From assembly GCA_964538435.1 (NCBI GenBank), contig CAZIDX010000002.1:117930-181929 (forward strand): a stretch of 64,000 nt of DNA, read 5' to 3'. The notes beneath the pieces are model-generated. The model saw nothing but the letters and a program-made list of their open reading frames with translations. It made no database searches and was not told where the DNA came from. A program made the position numbers and the translations under genes. Positions 19,661-29,200 of the stretch are shown here, one piece after another (the first letter of the stretch is position 1; the number at the start of each line of letters is the position of its first letter). The DNA comes from an uncultured Gammaproteobacteria bacterium. Lineage in GTDB: Bacteria; Patescibacteriota; Patescibacteriia; UBA9934; GWF2-40-263.

Positions 19661-20308
19661 ATGAACGAAGGAAACCTGCTCACCATGTGCCACGGAGACA
19701 TCGGTGTGGGACAAGTAACCACCTCGACAGCACAGACCGAAGACCAGACCGAAACCGAGCTGAGCCAATGGCCACATAGCGCCACGCTCACCCCATGGAT
19801 CATCCCCATGGGCACAGAGCGCCCGATCCCCTGGAAGGAACCGGCCACGCACATCTCCAGACTGATCCGCCCCACGGACACCGTGGCCCTGATCAGCTTC
19901 CGTGATCCCACGGATTGGGAAGGCATCGCGCTTCGCATGCTCGAAGCCGAGAACCAGAGCGTGAGCATCATGATCATCGCTCCGGACGGAACCGATCCTC
20001 GCGTGCTCGGCACCCTGATCTCGAACGCCGGCGACCACGCTTCCATGCACGGTCGTATCCAGCACGAGCGCGAAAAGGTCGTGTTCGAAGCCTCGGATCA
20101 CCTCATGCGCATCCTGGGTATCGATCTGCGCAAGGCTGTGCGCAACTCCATCACCCTGATCCACCAAGGCCGTGTCAAGGCTTCCTGGATCTCCATGAGC
20201 CGCGAAGGCTCAGGACCGCACGACTGGTCCGGAACCCAGCGCACCCTCGAGCTCTTTGCCGAAGAAGAGCCCACGGACGTCTACGAAGAGCTCGAACTCG
20301 AAGAGTAA
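19661..20308 (+). CDS. Hypothetical protein
   Basis: 215-aa ORF with GC3-rich codons, own promoter and terminator (about 20333-20366). Confidence 0.75.
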   Translation: MNEGNLLTMCHGDIGVGQVTTSTAQTEDQTETELSQWPHSATLTPWIIPMGTERPIPWKEPATHISRLIRPTDTVALISFRDPTDWEGIALRMLEAENQSVSIMIIAPDGTDPRVLGTLISNAGDHASMHGRIQHEREKVVFEASDHLMRILGIDLRKAVRNSITLIHQGRVKASWISMSREGSGPHDWSGTQRTLELFAEEEPTDVYEELELEE

Positions 20309-20429
20309 CCCTCCTCGACCAAGCTCACTGCAACCGATCTTGCCCCGCAAGGTCGGTTTTCTCATTCCGACGAATCTCTAACACCTCACTACCTCCACCC
20401 AGAGGCCGGTTGCACACCAATTAAGGCGA

Positions 20430-20520
20430 GTGGTGCTGTGTGGGTATTTCACGAGGTGGTGGTCGTCTATACTGTGAGACGGCCCGGCTCCGCCGAGTGA
20501 AATACCCACACAGCACCACG
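20430..20520. repeat. Long inverted repeat (REP/MITE-like hairpin)
   Basis: GTGGTGCTGTGTGGGTATTTCAC ... GTGAAATACCCACACAGCACCAC (23-bp perfect arms). Confidence 0.85.
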
Positions 20521-20855
20521 AGCCGATTCATAACAAATCAAAAAACCGGCCGCAGCCGATTTTTTTCAATCTACTTGGTTTCTTTGTGCAACGTATGCGT
20601 CTTGCACCATTTGCAAAACTTCTTGAGCTCCAACCGGTCCTTAAGCTTCTTTTTATTCTTAAAGCTCTGGTATCCGATCCGTTTGCACTCAGTGCACTCA
20701 AATTTGATGAGATTATCTTGAGACATATTTCATTCATTTACGGGCAGATTGTACTCATCTTACCTATTTTTGTCAATAGATCTCCCCATGCCCCACTCTG
20801 GATATCCAGACTTCACAAAAAACCCATCTTTTGATATTATTTCGCCGTTACCTGC

Positions 20856-20933
20856 GCCGTTGTAGCTCAGTCGGTAGAGCGCATCTCCCGCCGTTGGCGG
20901 GACCCCGCCTCGTAATATGGCGGGGCATGGTAA
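20856..20933 (+). pseudogene. Duplicated 5' half of tRNA-Thr(GGT) interrupted by two CCCGCC/GGCGGG hairpins
   Basis: 20856-20885 is identical to tRNA nt 1-30, then a 40-nt insert, then CATGGTAA (tRNA nt 31-38). Confidence 0.85.
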
Positions 20934-20939
20934 TGTAAT

Positions 20940-21182
20940 ATGCATTTCGTATACATTCTCTACAGTGAATCTCATAATCGTTATTACATCGGCTCTACAT
21001 CAGATATAGACAAACGTCTTGTTGCTCACAATTCTGGAAAAACCCGATCAACAAAACCTTTTAGGCCTTGGAGGATAGTTTATTCCAAAACACTAGAAAC
21101 GAACACTGAGGCAAGAAAAAGAGAAAACCAAATCAAAAGATACAAAGGAGGAGAAGCTTTCAAAAAACTCATAAACAACTAG
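20940..21182 (+). CDS. Small GIY-YIG nuclease family protein
   Basis: FVYILYS...YYIGST..DIDKRL..HN.G...TK..RPW...EA.KRE.QIK. Confidence 0.93.
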   Translation: MHFVYILYSESHNRYYIGSTSDIDKRLVAHNSGKTRSTKPFRPWRIVYSKTLETNTEARKRENQIKRYKGGEAFKKLINN

Positions 21183-21257
21183 CCGTTGTAGCTCAGTCGG
21201 TAGAGCGCATCCATGGTAAGGATGAGGTCACCGGTTCAATCCCGGTCAACGGCTCCA
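21182..21257 (+). tRNA. trnT: tRNA-Thr (GGT)
   Basis: 76-nt cloverleaf GCCGTTG.../CAACGGC-T-CCA, anticodon arm CATCC-ATGGTAA-GGATG. Confidence 0.97.
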
Positions 21258-21325
21258 CGCAAAACACTCCAGCTTGCCTGGGGTGTTTTGCGTTGTCTGA
21301 TATAATAAAGACCTCAAACAATACT

Positions 21326-22519
21326 ATGAAACTCTTTCACCACCACACCGCGCGCCACCACCACAGAACACTCGACTCAGACTTCTGGCTCTTTGAACTC
21401 TCTGTGTGGATGCACACCTTTGCCCGAGCCCTCATTGCCATTTTCATCCCAATCCTGCTTCTCCAACTCGACTATTCTGTCAGCGACGTCATGCTCTACT
21501 ACTTCCTCTACTGCCTCTTTGACGTCCCTCTCAACTTTCTTGCTGACTCTGTTGTAAGGCGGATTGGTGCGCGAGCAGCCATCACAGCCGGAACACTTGC
21601 TGCCATCGCCTTTTTCATCATCCTCTTTGCCCTCACTCCAAACAACTGGCCACTCATTGTCGCCCTCGCTCTAGCAGCTGCCATCTACGACACGCTCTAC
21701 TGGGTCGCCCATCTCTACTTTTTCATGGAGAGCAGCAAGAACCGCAAGAGCGCATCAAAAGACACTGGCCTTATGAGCATTGCCAGGCGCCTCGCAGGCC
21801 TACTCGCACCAGCATTCGGAGCACTTGTACTAATTTTCTTCAGCGACAAAGTCCTCATCCCAATCAGCATCTTAATCCTGCTACTCTCAATCGTACCACT
21901 ACTCAAAGCAAAACACGTCAAAGACAAACCAACAAAACCAAAACCAACCTTTAAAGAATTTTTTCCAGAGTGGCGAAACCTTCGCGACTACGTCATTACA
22001 AGCCTGTACGGAGTTCATGCAGCAGCCGAAGGCATCATCTGGCCAATGTTCATCTTCCTCACATTTGAATCCATCGAATCTGTAGCCATTATTCCAATCA
22101 TTGTCTCAATCACAGCAATGATCTTTACCTTCTTTGTTGGAAAACTCAAACGCTCACACTTTAAAGAATCGATTGCCATCGCAAGCACTCTTATCGCTGT
22201 AGCCTGGGTGCTCAGATTCTTCTTTGCTGTTCCAACATTTTATTTCGTCAGTGTATTCCTCGTCGGACTCTTCATGGTCTTCATCAGCATCCCAGTGGAC
22301 AGCAGCATTTACGAACGAGGAGAAAATGTTGATTCTCTCACCAGCTCCACCTACCACAACTTCTTTGCCATGATCTCAAAACTTATCTTCTTCGGAGTCT
22401 TAGCGCTTGTCTCACACATCTTCCCTTCAACGTTTTGGATCGCAGCCTCATGCATGATTCTTGTGGCGCTCATTGCTGGCTTTGCCCACCCAGTTCTGCC
22501 CCAAACCATCAAAAAATAA
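21326..22519 (+). CDS. MFS transporter
   Basis: About 12 hydrophobic helices in two halves; D..VRRIGAR motif A-like. Confidence 0.85.
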   Translation: MKLFHHHTARHHHRTLDSDFWLFELSVWMHTFARALIAIFIPILLLQLDYSVSDVMLYYFLYCLFDVPLNFLADSVVRRIGARAAITAGTLAAIAFFIILFALTPNNWPLIVALALAAAIYDTLYWVAHLYFFMESSKNRKSASKDTGLMSIARRLAGLLAPAFGALVLIFFSDKVLIPISILILLLSIVPLLKAKHVKDKPTKPKPTFKEFFPEWRNLRDYVITSLYGVHAAAEGIIWPMFIFLTFESIESVAIIPIIVSITAMIFTFFVGKLKRSHFKESIAIASTLIAVAWVLRFFFAVPTFYFVSVFLVGLFMVFISIPVDSSIYERGENVDSLTSSTYHNFFAMISKLIFFGVLALVSHIFPSTFWIAASCMILVALIAGFAHPVLPQTIKK

Positions 22520-22593
22520 TCCCCAAAATTGATCATTGACTTTTTGACATAGTTTCTATAGAATAGCCCTCGTACTCGCTATTTTCGGCATTT

Positions 22594-22678
22594 GGGTCGG
22601 TACTCAAGCGGTCAACGAGGTCAGACTGTAAATCTGATGGCATCGCCTTCGCAGGTTCGAATCCTGCCCGGCCCACCA
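22594..22678 (+). tRNA. trnY: tRNA-Tyr (GTA)
   Basis: Cloverleaf with long variable arm, anticodon arm TCAGA-CTGTAAA-TCTGA, CCA end. Confidence 0.97.
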
Positions 22679-22679
22679 T

Positions 22680-22755
22680 GCCACCTTAGCTCAGTTGGTA
22701 GAGCACCGGTTTTGTAAACCGTAGGTCGTCGGTTCGAGTCCGACAGGTGGCTCCA
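22680..22755 (+). tRNA. trnT: tRNA-Thr (TGT)
   Basis: GCCACCT/AGGTGGC acceptor, TTTGTAA anticodon loop, GGTTCGAGTCC T-arm, CCA end. Confidence 0.95.
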
Positions 22756-22855
22756 GAAAAACATTCAGAGAAATCTGAGTGTTTTTCTTTTCTAACAAGT
22801 TAATATTTTTTGCCTAAGCCTAAGCAAATTTTGCTTAAATTAGCGTCAGGATCAC

Positions 22856-22884
22856 TTGACAAAAGTGCAAAAATATGCTATGAT
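22856..22884 (+). promoter_or_regulatory. sigma70-type promoter of the repeat/gene array
   Basis: TTGACA-17 nt-TATGAT with extended -10 TG. Confidence 0.75.
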
Positions 22885-22890
22885 GGTACC

Positions 22891-23024
22891 ACAATTGAAC
22901 TGGGGAGAGAGACCAAGTGCCATTCTTGGACCCAAACAATGGCAAAACAAGCAAAATCACCGAAAACCGGTTTTTGTCTAAATTTCTCCTCCAGAAAATA
23001 GATAAAAATCGGTTTTTGTTTTTT
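22891..23024 (+). ncRNA. Putative leader/attenuator RNA L1
   Basis: CTGGGGAGAGAG (22900-22911), a hairpin, then a long terminator-like stem whose apex TTTCTCCTCCAG is complementary to the 5' motif; same design at 32047-32173. Confidence 0.55.
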
Positions 23025-23155
23025 CAGCGCCCCGTCCAAGACTAAGGAAATTCCTTATTCTCGGACGGATCACCCTGATCCATCGACTCAACTCGCTCCC
23101 TGTCCCCTCGTAGAGGTGGATAAAGCGCTGGCTCCTGAATAAGGGGTCGGAAGGC

Positions 23156-23419
23156 ATGTTCGTTATGATGACCCTCGCGCTCACCGCTCGCTTCGCCGTC
23201 AACTTCGCCAAGGGCTTCGGCCTGGTTTCCCTCTTGGTCTTCATGACCTTGATGGTGGTGGGGCTCGAGATGAGCTTCCACGCGGGGACGACCTTGTCCC
23301 TGAAGACCATGGTGGAAGTCTGCACGATCACGGCGCTTCTCGGAGTCCCAGCAGGCTGGTTCGTCGCCTGCTACCCGATCGAAGTACCTCAGGCGAAGAT
23401 CCTGAACACGCCCAACTAG
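23156..23419 (+). CDS. Small membrane protein (array gene A)
   Basis: 87 aa, hydrophobic helices, ATG directly after R0 (GGAAGGC-ATG). Confidence 0.7.
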   Translation: MFVMMTLALTARFAVNFAKGFGLVSLLVFMTLMVVGLEMSFHAGTTLSLKTMVEVCTITALLGVPAGWFVACYPIEVPQAKILNTPN

Positions 23420-23662
23420 GGCCGGTATCTCCTTGCCTTTCGGGAGATGACGAACTACTTAGATAGGCAAAGGGCACGCAACCACCCTAAATCAGGAAGC
23501 ATCCAGCGACGACCTCACCAACGCAATGAGTGAGGTATCCGTCCAAGACGCATAAGCACCCGCTTGTGCCCCTCGGACGGAATATCTCCGTTCGACTTCC
23601 CCGCCCTCTGCCCTGTGAGAAGGTGCAAGGCGCTGGCCCCTACGGGTCGAAAGGCAGCTGCT

Positions 23663-23992
23663 ATGAAGCGCGCCCTGATCACCGCCACCAACATCTGGAA
23701 CACCCTGCCATGGTGGATCCAGACACCAGTCATGATCTTCACTATTTACTTCTTGGTCTGCCTGTTCTTGGGACAGATCGGAGTATTCGTGAATGCAAGC
23801 GTCCGAAGCTCCTTCGGGGGAGATTTCTCCCTCATGGACTTTCTGAACTCAGAAGCCACCGCCGTGTTCTACGCAGGCGTGTTGTCCATGGGATGCACCA
23901 TCCTCATGGGCGCTCACGAAATCTTGATGAACTTCGCACGCTACCGCGCGTTCATGAAAGTTTTCGTGGGTCTCGAAGACGAGAACGAATAG
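23663..23992 (+). CDS. Small 2-TM membrane protein (array gene B)
   Basis: 109 aa MKRALITATNIW..., ATG after R1. Confidence 0.7.
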   Translation: MKRALITATNIWNTLPWWIQTPVMIFTIYFLVCLFLGQIGVFVNASVRSSFGGDFSLMDFLNSEATAVFYAGVLSMGCTILMGAHEILMNFARYRAFMKVFVGLEDENE

Positions 23993-24150
23993 ACCCACTG
24001 CCCCGCTACTACGTAACCGGGGCTCCGTCCAAAGCGCACAAGCAAATGCTTGTGCCCCTCGGACGGAATATCTCCGTTCGACTTCCCCGCCCTCTGCCCT
24101 GTGAGAAGGTGCAAGGCGCTCGTCCCGTGTGGACGAAAGGCTGACGTGTC

Positions 24151-24426
24151 ATGACCTGGTTCCAGAAATTCAAAATCTTCGCGTGGAAAACATTTTGGAT
24201 TGGCTTCCTGTCTATGAACATGCTATTCGCAAGTTTGGGAGCATTCTTCTGCGTGGACATCTTGGAGTTTGAGCTCATGCTCATCTCCTCCGTCGTCATT
24301 GGCGCCATGATCTTCGGATCACTTGCAGCCACCTTCCCAAAGATCGGGGAGGAGATCTTCTACCTCAAGGAAGAAGACGGAAAGATGGTGGATGCCTACC
24401 CACCCGCAGAAAGCAAGGAACAGTAG
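24151..24426 (+). CDS. Small 2-TM membrane protein (array gene C)
   Basis: 91 aa MTWFQKFKIF..., ATG after R2. Confidence 0.72.
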   Translation: MTWFQKFKIFAWKTFWIGFLSMNMLFASLGAFFCVDILEFELMLISSVVIGAMIFGSLAATFPKIGEEIFYLKEEDGKMVDAYPPAESKEQ

Positions 24427-24541
24427 CAAGGATCAGTTGCTTCTCCTCAAGAAAGCAACACCACGACTAGCCTCACCAACGCATGTGAGGCTCCGTCCAA
24501 AGCGCATAAGCACCCGCTTGTGCCCCTCGGACGGATCATCC

Positions 24542-24574
24542 AAAAACGAGAAGGCTCAATGCCTTCTCGTTTTT
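24542..24574 (+). terminator. Intrinsic terminator closing the array
   Basis: AAAAACGAGAAGGC-TCAAT-GCCTTCTCGTTTTT. Confidence 0.85.
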
Positions 24575-24743
24575 ATTTCTCACCACCCCTCCAAATAAGT
24601 TTAATTGCCAACTAAAGGTGAGTGATTTGTTGTGTTTAGACCATCGCGCAGACAAGCCAGCTTGGTGCCCCGAAGGGGATGGCTTGTCGAGCGTGAGCAG
24701 CGACCGCCGCTGGAGCGGTCGACTGCGAGTCTAAATACAACAA

Positions 24744-25565
24744 TCACGAACCTTCTTCCCTCTCTGTCTTCTGTATATACTTCTCCTTCATCTCCTGAAA
24801 CTTCTTTTCAAACCCTTCAATCTTCGTATTCTCAGGATTCACTTCTTTCAAAGCCGTGATCCCTTTTCGAACATCCTTGAGCGATCCAGCCTTGAGCGCA
24901 GCCTCGATGTAAAAATCTAGATACTTTGGATTCTTTGCTCGCTTCTCTATTGCCTTGCGCAAATACTCAAGCGCCCCGCGATAATTCTCAAGCCCGATCT
25001 CAAGCTCAGCTAAAGACACATTCACACTCGCATCATCCGGCGAAAGCCGCAACGCAAACCTAAGTGTCTCACGCGCCTGTTCATACTGCTCGTCTTCGAT
25101 ATACATATTCCCCAACCCTTCGTATGCATCAACATTCTTTGGGTTGTGACTGATGATATCAATAAAGATCTTTTCAGCAGGGATAAACTCCTCTTCTTTG
25201 ATGTAATCATCAGCCTTGTTAATAAGCTCTTTCACGATCTCAGAGCTGTAAGAATGCTGCCCCTCAGTCGATGATCGCTTAAGCTTTTGATAGTACTGCT
25301 CCATGCGATACAAACGCTGCACAGCACGCCGCCCCATCTTTGAAACAGCCACCACAGCCTTCCCTGTTTGTTTTGAAACCGTCCTGAGTTTTGCCCCTCC
25401 CTTACGATTAAACTTTTGCAAAATAAGCTTTTCCTTTACCAACCGCTCTCGCTCCTTTGGAATCGTATCAACATCAATCATTCGAATCTGCGGCAATTTC
25501 TTGTAAACCACAAAACCGATCACGATCAGAGCTATCACGATAATTGCTATAGGAATCAGCCACAT
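24744..25565 (-). CDS. Membrane-anchored TPR protein
   Basis: N-terminal TM; TPR-like repeats (NPKNVDAYEGLGNMY, ALRLSPDDA). Confidence 0.85.
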   Translation of the reverse strand: MWLIPIAIIVIALIVIGFVVYKKLPQIRMIDVDTIPKERERLVKEKLILQKFNRKGGAKLRTVSKQTGKAVVAVSKMGRRAVQRLYRMEQYYQKLKRSSTEGQHSYSSEIVKELINKADDYIKEEEFIPAEKIFIDIISHNPKNVDAYEGLGNMYIEDEQYEQARETLRFALRLSPDDASVNVSLAELEIGLENYRGALEYLRKAIEKRAKNPKYLDFYIEAALKAGSLKDVRKGITALKEVNPENTKIEGFEKKFQEMKEKYIQKTEREEGS

Positions 25566-25570
25566 ACACT

Positions 25571-26344
25571 TTATTGCTGCGCTTCAAGCACATCAACAGC
25601 AGCATCAACGATTTTACTGAATTGATTAAGACGCACGCTTGCGCCGCCGACAAGTACACCATCAATCTGCTTTTCACGCAAGATCTCATAGGCATTCTCT
25701 CCATTCACACTCCCCCCATAAATCACACGCAAACTCTCTGCCGCTGCCATCGGAAACACCTCACTTAAGATTGTTCGAATGTACTCATGCATCTCAATGA
25801 TATCCCCCACCTCAGCCGTGTTTCCGGTCCCTATCGCCCAGATTGGCTCATAAGCAACATAAAGCACATCTTTGTCATGCAGACGAATTCCAGAGAGCGC
25901 CTTTGCAAGGTGATGCTTTACCACCTCCCGAGCCTCTCCGGCCTCTCGCTCCTCTGCGGTTTCCCCCACGCACAAAATCGGAACAAACTTTTCACTAAGC
26001 GCATGCTCAATCTTTTTCTGCACCATCTCATCTGTCTCGCCAAGTTTAAGTCTTCGCTCAGAGTGCCCAATGATCACATGTGTCACCTTCATCTCTTCTA
26101 GCATTCGAGAAGAAGTCTCTCCAGTAAACGTTCCGCTGCGCTCCCATGCAATGTTCTGTGCACCAAGCCTAGCTGTGCTGCGAGCAACAACCTTTCGCAC
26201 TTCCCCAAGCGCCACAAATGGAGGACAAATCACAAGCTCAGGAACAACCTTTCGCCCACGCACCGTAAGCAACGTGCCGCGCGCAAGCGCCACACTCTCT
26301 CTTACCCCCACATTCATTTTCCAATTCGCAATAATGGTTTTCAT
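25571..26344 (-). CDS. tpiA: Triosephosphate isomerase
   Basis: IANWKMN, IIGHSERR, AYEPIWAIGTG, YGGSV, GVLVGGAS. Confidence 0.98.
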   Translation of the reverse strand: MKTIIANWKMNVGVRESVALARGTLLTVRGRKVVPELVICPPFVALGEVRKVVARSTARLGAQNIAWERSGTFTGETSSRMLEEMKVTHVIIGHSERRLKLGETDEMVQKKIEHALSEKFVPILCVGETAEEREAGEAREVVKHHLAKALSGIRLHDKDVLYVAYEPIWAIGTGNTAEVGDIIEMHEYIRTILSEVFPMAAAESLRVIYGGSVNGENAYEILREKQIDGVLVGGASVRLNQFSKIVDAAVDVLEAQQ

Positions 26345-26413
26345 ATTGATAGCGGTTAGCGAGCAGCGGTTAGCGAGTAGCCTAATCGCTATACGCTCCA
26401 CGCTAATCGCTTT

Positions 26414-27694
26414 TTATTTCACAAACCCCGATTGTTTTAACAAGTCACGTTCGCCCTTAAATGGACCAACTGCAGCAAGGCTCATCTTTGAAAAATCAAG
26501 GAGCTCCTTAGCAACATCGTGCACCTCTTTTCGTGTCACTGCCTCCATTCGTTTTATCACCGCCTGAGGTGATCGCACACGTTTTTGGAAGAGCTGCTCG
26601 CGTGCGTACCAATGAGCGCGTTCAAAACTGTCTTCCATCTTGATGGCCATCTGCCCCCTAACAAATGTTTTCGCATCCCTAAGCTCTCGAGTGGTTACCC
26701 CATCTCTCTTGATCTTCCGAAGCTCTTTCATAATCGTCTTCATGGCCAGCTCAAGACGTTTTTTATCAAGCCCAGCACGAATCATGAAACTCCCAACATC
26801 ATCATAAGCCCCATTATAAGTTCGAACAAAATACGCCAACCCCTTACGCTCTCGAACCTCACTAAAAAGCCTTGAACTCATGTTGCCACCCAAAATGGTT
26901 GAAAGCAAGCCAAGTGCGACATTTTTCTCATTTTGCACACCAAACGAAGGAAATCCAAGCGCAATCTGCACCTGCTCAGTCTGCTTTATCTGCAACCCCA
27001 CACGAGGGAGCTTTTGCTTTGCAGGAAGCCCTGCTGGCTCATACACCTCTCGATCCAGCACCTTATCTTTTCGTTTTCCAAACTTAGTCGCAATCAAACT
27101 ACGGACGTTTTTATCAATATTCCCTGCCACTACAAGCGTCATGTTCGACGGCTGATAGTACTTCTCGTAAAACGCATACATCTCATCACGATCCATTTCC
27201 TTAATAATCTTCGGTGTTCCCGCAATCTCCCAACCAAGCGTTCCGCCATCAAACATTACTCGTTCGATAAGATCGTTAATAAAATACATCGGATTATCTT
27301 CATACATGTTGATCTCCTCAACAATCGCACCGCGCTCCCGATCCATTTCACCAGCATCAACCTTTGAAGCGAAAAGCATATCATCTAAAAGATCGATCCC
27401 AAGCCCCAAATGACTTTTATCAACCTTTACGTAATACCCAGTCACATGCTTATCAGTAAACGCATTGTAGCTCGCACCTATTGCGTCAAGTGTACGAGTG
27501 ATGTGCTGCGAAGTCGGTCTACGACGCGTTCCCTTAAACATCATGTGCTCAATAAAATGTGACGCACCATTTATACGTTTGTACTCATACCTTGAACCCA
27601 CGCGCACAAGCACAATGGCTGAAACCGTGTCAGTTCCCTTTGTAGGAACAAGCAAAACGCGCATCCCATTATCGAGCGAATATTTCTCAATCAT
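26414..27694 (-). CDS. M16 family zinc peptidase
   Basis: HFIEHMMFKGT (HXXEH), NAFT, SSRLFSEVRERKGLAY. Confidence 0.95.
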   Translation of the reverse strand: MIEKYSLDNGMRVLLVPTKGTDTVSAIVLVRVGSRYEYKRINGASHFIEHMMFKGTRRRPTSQHITRTLDAIGASYNAFTDKHVTGYYVKVDKSHLGLGIDLLDDMLFASKVDAGEMDRERGAIVEEINMYEDNPMYFINDLIERVMFDGGTLGWEIAGTPKIIKEMDRDEMYAFYEKYYQPSNMTLVVAGNIDKNVRSLIATKFGKRKDKVLDREVYEPAGLPAKQKLPRVGLQIKQTEQVQIALGFPSFGVQNEKNVALGLLSTILGGNMSSRLFSEVRERKGLAYFVRTYNGAYDDVGSFMIRAGLDKKRLELAMKTIMKELRKIKRDGVTTRELRDAKTFVRGQMAIKMEDSFERAHWYAREQLFQKRVRSPQAVIKRMEAVTRKEVHDVAKELLDFSKMSLAAVGPFKGERDLLKQSGFVK

Positions 27695-27834
27695 AGTAAA
27701 ATCTCATCCTTTTAATGGTGAGAGGTCTTAGCAACAACAATATGTTCGAGTAAATTTGAAAACTTTTCCTCGAGCTGGGGCGTTCGACGCCAGGTTCCGG
27801 CGAGAGTGAAAAGTTTCAAATTTAAGAGAACAAC

Positions 27835-29199
27835 CTATCCCAAACGGGCCTTGAACCAAGTCTCGAGCTCGTCAATCGCAACTCGCTCCTGCTCCATGCT
27901 GTCACGGTCACGAATGGTCACAGCTTTGTCCTCAAGTGAGTCAAAGTCAACGGTCACACAATATGGTGTACCGATTTCGTCCTGTCGTCGGTAACGCTTA
28001 CCGATCGATTGTGTTTCGTCATAATCTGCACGCCACTTCCCTGCCAACTTCTCAAACACAGGACGCGCGAACTCCTGAAGCTCTGGCTTTTTTGAAAGCG
28101 GGAGCACAGCGATCTGATACGGAGCCATATGCGGCTTAAAGCGCATCACTTTGCGCACATCACCATTCACTTCCTCTTCATCGTACGCACTCACCAAAAT
28201 CGCCAAAATAGTTCGATCTACTCCAAGTGACGGCTCAACCACATGCGGCACAATCTTTCGCTGAGGGTCATTTGGATCTGTGTACGTAAGATTTTCTCCA
28301 GAATGTTTTTGGTGATTTGAAAGATCAAAATCTGTGCGATACGCCAAGCCCCAAAGCTCCTTTGTTCCAAATGGGAACGTAAATTCAAAGTCGAGCGTTC
28401 GCTTTGAATAATGAGCCAAACTCTCCTGCGGAACTTCTAGCCGATGGAGTCGCTCTGGATCAATACCAATTGAAGTCGCCCACTCTTCCATCCAAGTCGC
28501 CCATGCATCAAAATGCATCTCCCAACCTTCTTCTTCAATAAAGTACTCAATCTCCATCTGCTCAAACTCAAGCGTGCGGAAGATAAAATTCCCAGGCGTA
28601 ATCTCATTACGAAACGCCTTACCAATCTGAGCAATTCCAAACGGCAAACGCTTTCGAGTGGTTGTTTGGACATTCTTAAAATTCACAAAGATGGCCTGAG
28701 CTGTTTCTGGACGCAGATACACCTTCTTGTCCTCAGACCCCATATTCATCTCAAACATCCCGCTAAACTGCCGCGGCTCAGTAAGCTCATTTCCATCAGG
28801 ACTCTTGATTCCTTTTTCCTTGATAATCGCACCCAGCTCTTCCAAGCTCCTTCCGTCCACATTCTCTCCTGTCACTTCTTCAATCAGATGATCTGCTCGA
28901 AAACGCTTATGTGTCACCTTGTCCTCAACCAAAGGGTCGTTGAACGTATCAACATGGCCTGAAGCCTCCCACACACGTGGATTCATCAAAATCGCACCAT
29001 CAAGCCCAACCATATCACTGCGGGACTCAACAACCTGCTTCCACCAATCAGCTTTTAAATTTCTGCGCATCTGCGCCCCCAAAGGACCAAAGTCCCATGC
29101 GTTTGAGAGCCCTCCATAAATAGAAGAACCTGGATACACGAACCCTCGCTGCTTGGCGAGGGTAACGATTTGTTCCATTGATACCTGTTTTTCCGACAT
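27835..29199 (-). CDS. glyQS: Glycine--tRNA ligase, alpha2 type
   Basis: YLRPETAQ, GKAFRNEITPGNFIFRTLEFEQME, IGKRYRRQDEIGTP. Confidence 0.97.
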   Translation of the reverse strand: MSEKQVSMEQIVTLAKQRGFVYPGSSIYGGLSNAWDFGPLGAQMRRNLKADWWKQVVESRSDMVGLDGAILMNPRVWEASGHVDTFNDPLVEDKVTHKRFRADHLIEEVTGENVDGRSLEELGAIIKEKGIKSPDGNELTEPRQFSGMFEMNMGSEDKKVYLRPETAQAIFVNFKNVQTTTRKRLPFGIAQIGKAFRNEITPGNFIFRTLEFEQMEIEYFIEEEGWEMHFDAWATWMEEWATSIGIDPERLHRLEVPQESLAHYSKRTLDFEFTFPFGTKELWGLAYRTDFDLSNHQKHSGENLTYTDPNDPQRKIVPHVVEPSLGVDRTILAILVSAYDEEEVNGDVRKVMRFKPHMAPYQIAVLPLSKKPELQEFARPVFEKLAGKWRADYDETQSIGKRYRRQDEIGTPYCVTVDFDSLEDKAVTIRDRDSMEQERVAIDELETWFKARLG

Positions 29200-29200
29200 A

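Larger units (their letters stand above)
23032..24534 (+). repeat. Array of four structured repeats (R0 23032-23155, R1 23513-23662, R2 24000-24150, R3 24470-24534) alternating with three genes
   Basis: All four have the CCGTCCAA-inner hairpin-CTCGGACGG stem; 23562-23634 and 24048-24120 are identical over 73 bp. Confidence 0.9.

Noticed and set aside
20856-21257. Group I intron with homing endonuclease in tRNA-Thr
   Set aside because: No room or motifs for a ribozyme core, and the downstream tRNA is complete, so this is a duplication rather than a split gene.
23581-23662. Hammerhead ribozyme in the array repeats (CTGTGAG...CGAAA)
   Set aside because: The core CUGANGA is not intact and the stems do not arrange as a hammerhead; the motif is not kept in R0.
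23032-24534. CRISPR array or classical integron
   Set aside because: Repeats are 40-150 nt and the intervening segments are 260-330 nt ORFs. There are no cas genes or IntI and no RYYYAAC/GTTRRRY attC ends.
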